From the NCBI GenBank assembly GCA_963762565.1, contig CAVXLD010000011.1:128001-192000 (forward strand): DNA of 64,000 bases, given 5' to 3'. The stretch comes from an uncultured Verrucomicrobiae bacterium (GTDB taxonomy: Bacteria; Verrucomicrobiota; Verrucomicrobiia; Chthoniobacterales; JAFAMB01). Both the position numbers and the translations under genes were made by a program. The notes under the pieces were generated by a model that was not told the DNA's origin, ran no database searches, and saw only the letters and a program-made list of their open reading frames with translations. Below are positions 57,294 to 64,000 of the stretch, in pieces (the first letter of the stretch is position 1; every line of letters begins with the position of its first letter).

Positions 57294-59540
57294 TTAGAGA
57301 CTGTAGTCATCCCAGTAACGGTCTAGTGCGAAGGACATGGTTTGATTGCGGCAGGCCTCCAAATCGTCAGCGATGACATCCAGCCTGTGCGCCACTGATA
57401 AATAATTCCCAACGGAATCCGAGCTTTGACCAGTCAATAGATTTTGAGTTCGAACCTCGTGTAGGACAGTCCGAAAATTTTCACGGGCCGCCTGGGCAGA
57501 CGGGATCTGAACTTGGGTTGACCCTTCTTTAAAGACCTTAGTCAAACCTTCTGCTATTCCTCGAAACTCTTCTCTGGCCTTCTCGACAACCGGATCGATT
57601 AGCTGTGCGATGCTTTCAGGCAGCGGCGAAGGTTCGGTGCGAGCACGAGCGCTGAGGCGTAGCGCCAAACGTCGCATCGTCACGGTCAACGCGACGATCT
57701 TTTCAACTTCACTCTCCGAACAGTGTCGCCCCTTTAAACCCTTGGCCCAATTTACGCTTTCGATCGGCAGTAGACTCAAACGATCGGATAGCGGCTTATC
57801 GCCGTGACCGGGTTGTTTGCTCAAGAAGGTGGAACAGATGGAAAAGAATTCGACAAAGCGGTTTCTTAGTTCTGCCTCGGGAAGCACTGGCCAGAACAGG
57901 CGACCAATAATGGCGGCAATAAAGATTGGTAAGACGACGGAAAAGTATGAACTGAAAACGGTTTGTACGGCGACTGGCTTCTCCGCATCGATGTTCACGC
58001 TTGCGATAATAAAAAACATCACCGCCCCGGGGTGGATATTCTGCCCTCCCAGAGCAGCCAGCCAATACCCGAAGGCTAACAGCTCGACGAACAGGAACAG
58101 GTTCATGATACTGTAGTTGGAGAGAGCGGGGCTGATCCAAAATACCAAGATCACGAAGAAGAGACCGCCCAGTGATACTTGAAAGGCGCGCTGCAATGTT
58201 CCCCGATCCGCCTTACCACCGAGAAAATTCTTGTTATAGAAGGTCAGAGCCAACGCCGCTAAGGGGATACCGGCCGCGCCGGGAGGGTTAAACCATTGGC
58301 AGATCAACAGCGCTACCGTGCCCGCAATGGCAGGCTTCACTCCGTCCCGGAGCCGGCTTGGGCTTATCTTTGGCCAATGAAACTTTTGCGTTTGATCCCG
58401 TTGTGGCGGATCTCCCGGTAAGGGCAGGTCGGGTACAATCTGACGTAAGCGCAAAATCTCATCACATATGGCCAGAAGAGCCGCATTGTGGTTTGCTAGA
58501 TCTAAGACATCCTCAAGAGAGTAAGTCCGTGCCTTTCCGGTGGAGAGAAGTTCTCCGATCCGAGCCTCTAGAACCTGCGAGAGTGATCTCAGTTGGTTAT
58601 CATTGAGTCTGGTCTTCGATCCGATACCGCCGTTGATAAGTTGCAATTGTTGATCGATCCCCTGGTAAACGTTTGAAAGCTCTGGAGCAATGTCGCCCAG
58701 ATAATCGGGGCTTCCCGGTTGTTGTCGAAACAAGTCTAAGGAGGCCTGAAAAAGACGCGTCAGAGAGACCACCGCGGCGGTATAGCTTGGCAAACTTCGC
58801 CGGAAATAGAGACTCTCGTTGGCTCCGTTCTGAAGTAGTGCCCGTAAACGAAGGCTCTGGGAACGAACAGCGATGGCAGTCGACTGGACCTGCTTCCAGA
58901 TCTTGGGTCCTGAGGCCGAGCTCCTATGTCGCAAGTCAATGAGTTTTGCCACATTGCCCAGCATGGATCGGAGTAACTCAAGAAACTCCTGACGGGCAAA
59001 TCGTGGCCAGAGCAAGTGAAAGACGAGAATAATGGAAACAACGCCCGTTAGGATCTCTAGCGTTCGACCTATGCCGACATTCCAGGCGTTGGTTGGGGCA
59101 AATATGCCGGACGAACTGACCGTTATCAGAGTGTTGGCGCAGAGAAAAAATGAATAGGGGAAAAAAGTGCCGCCATACATGTACATGCAGAACCATAAAT
59201 ACCCGAATGTGAACAACAGGAAGAAGAGCCGATCCTGTTGATAGTTACCGACTAACCATACCCCGATAAATCCACCGATAATTGTGCCGGCAACTCGAGC
59301 GATTGACCGTTGGGCTATCGCTCCAACGTACTGGGCCGGGGCCAGAACTAACACGGTGAATAGTGCCCAGCTGGAATGACCAAGCCTGATGAGTTGCGAG
59401 AGATAGACCGCTAATAGGCCAGCCAAAGCTACCTTGATACCAAACACCGTCTTAGGGTTCGCAACGACGGAAGCCAACTCTTGGGCCAGGCTTCGGACAA
59501 CTGCCCATGGGCGCGGGTAGGACTTAGCGGTGACGCTCAC
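57294..59540 (-). CDS. FUSC/AaeB-family inner-membrane efflux protein
   Basis: Two TM blocks, RVAGTIIG and RTLEILTG motifs; downstream of HlyD and DUF1656 genes. Confidence 0.88.
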   Translation of the reverse strand: MSVTAKSYPRPWAVVRSLAQELASVVANPKTVFGIKVALAGLLAVYLSQLIRLGHSSWALFTVLVLAPAQYVGAIAQRSIARVAGTIIGGFIGVWLVGNYQQDRLFFLLFTFGYLWFCMYMYGGTFFPYSFFLCANTLITVSSSGIFAPTNAWNVGIGRTLEILTGVVSIILVFHLLWPRFARQEFLELLRSMLGNVAKLIDLRHRSSASGPKIWKQVQSTAIAVRSQSLRLRALLQNGANESLYFRRSLPSYTAAVVSLTRLFQASLDLFRQQPGSPDYLGDIAPELSNVYQGIDQQLQLINGGIGSKTRLNDNQLRSLSQVLEARIGELLSTGKARTYSLEDVLDLANHNAALLAICDEILRLRQIVPDLPLPGDPPQRDQTQKFHWPKISPSRLRDGVKPAIAGTVALLICQWFNPPGAAGIPLAALALTFYNKNFLGGKADRGTLQRAFQVSLGGLFFVILVFWISPALSNYSIMNLFLFVELLAFGYWLAALGGQNIHPGAVMFFIIASVNIDAEKPVAVQTVFSSYFSVVLPIFIAAIIGRLFWPVLPEAELRNRFVEFFSICSTFLSKQPGHGDKPLSDRLSLLPIESVNWAKGLKGRHCSESEVEKIVALTVTMRRLALRLSARARTEPSPLPESIAQLIDPVVEKAREEFRGIAEGLTKVFKEGSTQVQIPSAQAARENFRTVLHEVRTQNLLTGQSSDSVGNYLSVAHRLDVIADDLEACRNQTMSFALDRYWDDYSL

Positions 59541-59543
59541 AGT

Positions 59544-60446
59544 TTAGTGCCTCGATAAACCGGGAGTTTCAGGTGCAGGATGGGGCTCGACGGCAACCGT
59601 GACCGTCTGGCCGATCCTCAGTGGTACGGGAGGCTTTCCGGTAATCTTGATCCGGACAGGGAAACGTTGTGGCAGCCGAACCCAATCAACGGTCTGATTG
59701 ACGGCAGCCAATAGACCCGTCGCGCTCCCACCGGAGCCATCTTGAACAAAGACTCCCCAGGCGACGCTCTCGATGTTTCCGCCAAAAGGCTGGTCCCGAT
59801 ATCCCATCAGGGTCAGCTTTACATCCCGACCAGGCTTGATCGAGACGAGCTGAGTTTCCTTAAAGTAGGCCGCAATCCAGAAGGAGCTCGAATCAACCAA
59901 GGCTAGGAGCTGATCTCCCACATGGACGTAAGCGCCAGGACTGGTGTTGACATTGGTTAGGTAACCATCAACCGGCGCATAAACCTTGGTGTAACTCAGA
60001 TTCAGCTCAGCTTGTTGCAGGTTGGCTCGGGCCGCACCTAGTTCGGCCTGGGCCTCGGCAAAGGCGTTTTGAGCATTTTGGAACAGCTGTTTTGAATCGA
60101 CGTTTCTTTTGAATAGATCGGTCTCCCGGTCAAGATCCTGTTGCTTCTGCAGGAGATTGGCCTCCAGATTCGCAACCGACGCCTTAGCGGAGGCTAAAGC
60201 AGTTTGATAATCCGCAGGATCAATTTCAAACAAAAGGTCGCCGGCCTTTACTTCCTGATTATCGTGTACCGGAATCTTAACAATCGGACCAGCGACGCGG
60301 GGTGCGATTCCCACAATGTTCGCTCTGACCTGGCAATCGCGTGTCCAGGGGTCAGTGATATATTTCCGATATAGAAGCCAAGCGCAGGTCGCCGCCACTG
60401 CGACGGCGATCAATGTAACCAGGTATCGATAAAGCGCGATTTTCAC
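59544..60446 (-). CDS. HlyD/AaeA-family membrane-fusion protein
   Basis: PWTRD, IAPRVAG, APVDGY, AYFKETQL, WVRLPQRFPVRI; GTG start overlapping the upstream stop (GTGA). Confidence 0.92.
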   Translation of the reverse strand: MKIALYRYLVTLIAVAVAATCAWLLYRKYITDPWTRDCQVRANIVGIAPRVAGPIVKIPVHDNQEVKAGDLLFEIDPADYQTALASAKASVANLEANLLQKQQDLDRETDLFKRNVDSKQLFQNAQNAFAEAQAELGAARANLQQAELNLSYTKVYAPVDGYLTNVNTSPGAYVHVGDQLLALVDSSSFWIAAYFKETQLVSIKPGRDVKLTLMGYRDQPFGGNIESVAWGVFVQDGSGGSATGLLAAVNQTVDWVRLPQRFPVRIKITGKPPVPLRIGQTVTVAVEPHPAPETPGLSRH

Positions 60447-60664
60447 GGGGCGAAGACCAGGCCAATTAGACTTCCGAACAACACGGCTAGCGCGGCAAAG
60501 AAGAGCGGTAGGTGCCAGACGTGTCGAGTTACGCCCAAATGTTCGAGCAAGCTTGTGACTGCCCAAGCACACAAGAAGCCGAGAACAACGATCGCCATCG
60601 ACCAAGGAGTATTGAAATCATAGATCGACTGCTCGCCATTCCTCAGATAGTTGGCTATATCCAT
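60443..60664 (-). CDS. DUF1656/AaeX-like small membrane protein
   Basis: Two TM segments, VWHLPLFF motif, first gene of the pump operon. Confidence 0.85.
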   Translation of the reverse strand: MDIANYLRNGEQSIYDFNTPWSMAIVVLGFLCAWAVTSLLEHLGVTRHVWHLPLFFAALAVLFGSLIGLVFAP

Positions 60665-60694
60665 AGGTAAGGTTCCTTTCTGCCATGGCGGGTC

Positions 60695-61669
60695 TTACTT
60701 TTGGCTATTGAAATCCAATAGAACCTTGCCACCGCGCTGGGAGTGCTCGATTGCTTCTTTGATCTGGGACGGTTTGTAGGTTGTGGTGAATGGCAAACTT
60801 AATTTGCCGGAAGCGACGACTTCAGTTGCCTCAGTTAGTGCCGCTCGCATTTTAGGTAGATACTCTTCGTGATACATCCAGAAGCCGTGGATGGTTAACC
60901 GCTTGCCAATGAGATCGGCGTGCAGCACGTGAATCGGCAAACCGCTCAGTGGCGCATAGCTGACGAGATGAGCGCCCGGAGAGAGCAGGCTTGCCATCGT
61001 TGCTGTCGCTGGACCACCTACGGCATCAAGCCCCAGAGATATTGGCGTACCGCCGGTTGCAATCTGAATTCGCTTTGAGAGTTCCGGCGATTCCACAACA
61101 ACGTAATCAGCACCGAGCTTATCAATTTCTGGGATAAGCTCGGGCCGCCTGACAATACCGATAACGTTGAGATGGCGCGATTTTGCAATCGCGATCAGGC
61201 ATCGCCCGACCTGGGAATTTGCTGCGTTTAATACAATCCAGTCCTTTGGCTTTAGCTTTACAAATGCGTCTAAAAGAAGAACTGCGGTCGTAGGATTGAT
61301 ATTTAACATCGAGGCCGTTTTGGCATCGACTGAGGGAGGAACGACGAAAAGCCCTTGGGCCGGAGCCAGCACCTTTTTGGACCAGGTAAATGTCCCAAAA
61401 GGGATCGTAACCCGATCGCCTACCTTGACGCTGGTGACTTCCGGCCCGATCGCCTCCACAATTCCCGCACCTTCACCTCCTATGACAGAAGGAAGCTTCG
61501 GCTTTAGATGGTACATTCCGTTCGCTAAAAGGAGGTCGCTGTAATCAATCGGCGCATACTCTATGCGGACTAGAGCCTTGCCCCCAGACGGGGCGTTGGG
61601 TTCCGAAACTTCGACCAGCATCAAGTTCTGAGCTGGATTACCGTAGGCGGTGAGATGGATGGCTTTCAT
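60695..61669 (-). CDS. MDR-family (2-enoyl-thioester-reductase-like) oxidoreductase
   Basis: APIDYSD, GGEGAG, INPTTA, NAANSQVG. Confidence 0.9.
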   Translation of the reverse strand: MKAIHLTAYGNPAQNLMLVEVSEPNAPSGGKALVRIEYAPIDYSDLLLANGMYHLKPKLPSVIGGEGAGIVEAIGPEVTSVKVGDRVTIPFGTFTWSKKVLAPAQGLFVVPPSVDAKTASMLNINPTTAVLLLDAFVKLKPKDWIVLNAANSQVGRCLIAIAKSRHLNVIGIVRRPELIPEIDKLGADYVVVESPELSKRIQIATGGTPISLGLDAVGGPATATMASLLSPGAHLVSYAPLSGLPIHVLHADLIGKRLTIHGFWMYHEEYLPKMRAALTEATEVVASGKLSLPFTTTYKPSQIKEAIEHSQRGGKVLLDFNSQK

Positions 61670-61674
61670 TTGGG

Positions 61675-62295
61675 CTATTCTCCTCCCTCCAAGAAATCTC
61701 GACCTGCGAGAGGGCCACCTGCTTGCTGCATCAGTCCTCCATCGCGAAGGTTTCCAAGATCAACGACGGAGTAGCCAAGACCTTCGAGAAAGGTTGCCAC
61801 CCGCTTCTTCGCGCCTTCATCGTCACCAGAAATAAACGCAACTCGTCTCGCCCCGTTAACAACAGGATCCGCCTCCAAGTTTGAAGCGAACATGTTGTTC
61901 AGTGCTTTAACTACTCGTGCTCCAGGGGCTAGCGCCGCGACGAGCTGGCTAGTGGATAGGTTTCCGACATTGGCGGGCGTGAAACTTCCAGCTTTACCGT
62001 GGAAAGGATTGACCCCATCGATCAGAATCTGATTTTTCCACTTGGGCAGACTTACAAGTGTTTCGGGTACCTTGTCCCAGGGCACAGCAAGAAGTACCAG
62101 TTCGCAGGCTGCCGCTTCTTCCTTGGTGGCAGCCATTGCTCCAGGACCAACTTGGTTGACGATTTCCCGCAGGCTCTCGGGGCCGCGGCTATTGCTAAGC
62201 TTTACCTGATGGCCGGCCTTCAGCGCCCGTTTTGCGAATGCCTGAGCGAAAGCTCCTGACCCGATGATTCCGATTTCCATTAGCTGTATTTCCAA
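61675..62295 (-). CDS. NADP oxidoreductase, F420-dependent family
   Basis: GIIGSG, SNSRGPESL, LAVPW, VVKALN. Confidence 0.9.
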   Translation of the reverse strand: MEIQLMEIGIIGSGAFAQAFAKRALKAGHQVKLSNSRGPESLREIVNQVGPGAMAATKEEAAACELVLLAVPWDKVPETLVSLPKWKNQILIDGVNPFHGKAGSFTPANVGNLSTSQLVAALAPGARVVKALNNMFASNLEADPVVNGARRVAFISGDDEGAKKRVATFLEGLGYSVVDLGNLRDGGLMQQAGGPLAGRDFLEGGE

Positions 62296-62354
62296 ATTGG
62301 GCTAGCAGCTCAATCGTTGATAGGGTTAGTCGTTTTCTCTTTTTCTGATACGGG

Positions 62355-63119
62355 CTATAACTTTGAACCGCCGTCCACCGGGATAATCGCCCCGGTAATC
62401 CACCGGGCGGCATCCGATGCAAGGAAGGCGATAACGTCTGCTACATCGGAAGGCTGGCCTATCCGTTTGAGAGCTTGCATGCCCAGTGCCAGATCGCGTC
62501 CGGCGTCGGTCTTCGTGAAATTCGACATGTCGGTTTCGATTACCCCCGGAGCGACTGCATTGACTCGGATACCGCGCGGGCCTAGTAAGGCTGCGAAATG
62601 CTTCACCAGGGTGTCGAGCGCTCCCTTAGTTGATGCGTAGGCGGGCAAAGAAATAACGTTTTGCGACCCGCCAGGCGCAAAGCGTGCCGCCAGGGAAGAG
62701 ACAAGCACGATGCTAGAACCGTCCGTGAACAGCGGCAGCAGGTGTTGCACGAGAAAGAAGGGGGCGCGCACATTCGTCGCGAAGAGCGCATCGAAATCTT
62801 CAACCGTGTGATTCTCGATGGGGGCTGCTTTCGAGATACCTGCGTTAGCAATAAGAATGTCGAGCTTATTACCGACAATTTCACGAGCCTGTTCAGCCAG
62901 CTTGGTTACGCCGTCCGGCGACGCTAAATCGGCGGATAGCAGATCAGCTTGGCCGCCGGACGCTTCGATCTCTTTGCGCAGAGCGTCTGCCTCCGATGCG
63001 CTTCGCCCGTAGTGAATGATTAGACGAGTGCCGGTGTTGGCGAGTGCAATTGCTGTGGCGCGTCCAATCCCGCGGGATGCACCGGTAATAAGAGCGATCC
63101 TTTTGTAAGTACTAGTCAT
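62355..63119 (-). CDS. SDR oxidoreductase
   Basis: TGASRGIG, ANAG, YASTK. Confidence 0.93.
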   Translation of the reverse strand: MTSTYKRIALITGASRGIGRATAIALANTGTRLIIHYGRSASEADALRKEIEASGGQADLLSADLASPDGVTKLAEQAREIVGNKLDILIANAGISKAAPIENHTVEDFDALFATNVRAPFFLVQHLLPLFTDGSSIVLVSSLAARFAPGGSQNVISLPAYASTKGALDTLVKHFAALLGPRGIRVNAVAPGVIETDMSNFTKTDAGRDLALGMQALKRIGQPSDVADVIAFLASDAARWITGAIIPVDGGSKL

Positions 63120-63190
63120 ATTAGTTCCTGATAACCGGCTCGTAGCCGGGTTAAATGTTTTGCGTGAACGAAACGTCCGTGTTCACTCAT

Positions 63191-63908
63191 TTAAGCAACC
63201 GTGATCTCACCCATGTCGATGGCGACTAACAGCGGCTCCATCACCGGTTGATAGTTGCCCTCGTAAGCGTATACCCGGCGCCTGGTTGGAAATACAATTT
63301 GCCCCACTTCTCGGTACTCAGAGGCATAGTTCAATCCTCGAGCCCCGCCCATGACGTCCACGGTGTAGTCATGCCTGCGCAGGAGCCCATCTGGCCCGAA
63401 GCACGAGATCTGTTCGCGGGTATGGCTTTTGACGTGATCGGGAAAGACCACCTTTAGTCGTCGCCAGGTTTCGCCATCGACTTCGACGCGGCGAGATCTC
63501 TTCAGTAACAAAACCATCGTAGGTATAGAGAAAGGGTGTGGTCAGGTAGGTCCACAGGGCTTCACCTTGGAAGTAGGCCACGTGTAGGTGATCCCATGGG
63601 GTCTCTTGCTTGTGGCCGGCGAAATGTTTCTCGGGAGCGTAGCGAGTCTGGATGGGCGTTCCGTCAACCCGTTCCATAACCACTTTTGAGGGCTCGAAGA
63701 CGAAGCGTTTATCCTGACCTGGAAATTCAGTGACCAGTTTCTGCGTTTTTGTGCTCGCGGTGATAACGACGTTCTTAAGGTAATCGCCTTGGCCCTTTAC
63801 AAACCAGATCGCACCAGTGATTGATGCGGCGACCTTTATCGTATTTAGCTCGCTCCAACGCTTGAGGCCGCCATGGGCGGAGAGGGCGGTTTGCAAAAGG
63901 TCGTTCAT
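63191..63908 (-). pseudogene. Conserved hypothetical gene split by a +1 frameshift
   Basis: ORFs 63369..63908 and 63191..63517 join as ...VTEEISP/VEVDGETWRRLKV... if one base near 63488 is removed (pseudogene or sequencing error). Confidence 0.8.
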
Positions 63909-64000
63909 AGTTTCCCCATTCTTTTTGATCAGCGATTATGCCGCCGTGACCTTCCGGTGGTTCAGCTCACCGTTTAATGGGCTAGCTTTCCGCCATCCTC

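Noticed and set aside
63936..64000. 3' end of another minus-strand gene at the right edge
   Set aside because: Only about 20 codons are visible; frame and product cannot be supported.

Overview
Bacterial chromosomal window, probably from a soil Verrucomicrobiota (Chthoniobacterales-like) genome; that assignment is inferred from protein families and repeat style and is not proven. The left end holds a giant (>3,090 aa, runs off the window) filamentous-haemagglutinin/TPS exoprotein, a 176-aa miniature relative of it, and a divergent secreted PstS-like protein, with three Pho-box-like 11-bp-periodic sites between them. Next come two tRNA-Pro genes, an ABC-2 exporter and a full-length PPK1 whose phospho-accepting His is replaced by Arg. 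The rest is a long accessory stretch of hydrolases, oxidoreductases, regulators (TetR, ArsR, LacI, MarR, AraC), VapBC, a sugar ABC transporter and an AaeXAB-like pump. Main highlights: (1) a three-gene MNIO/DUF692 RiPP-like operon whose 52-aa CxxC precursor is missing from the ORF track; (2) a MocD-desaturase/Rieske/NqrF-type reductase triple fusion; (3) two GxxExxY nuclease-fold genes, each enclosed by its own inverted 9-bp-periodic repeats, with empty copies elsewhere; (4) many families of inverted-repeat-bounded miniature elements, including one with fixed architecture but variable 32-37-nt arms and one that brackets two small genes like cassettes. No CRISPR array, cas gene, integrase or transposase was recognised.
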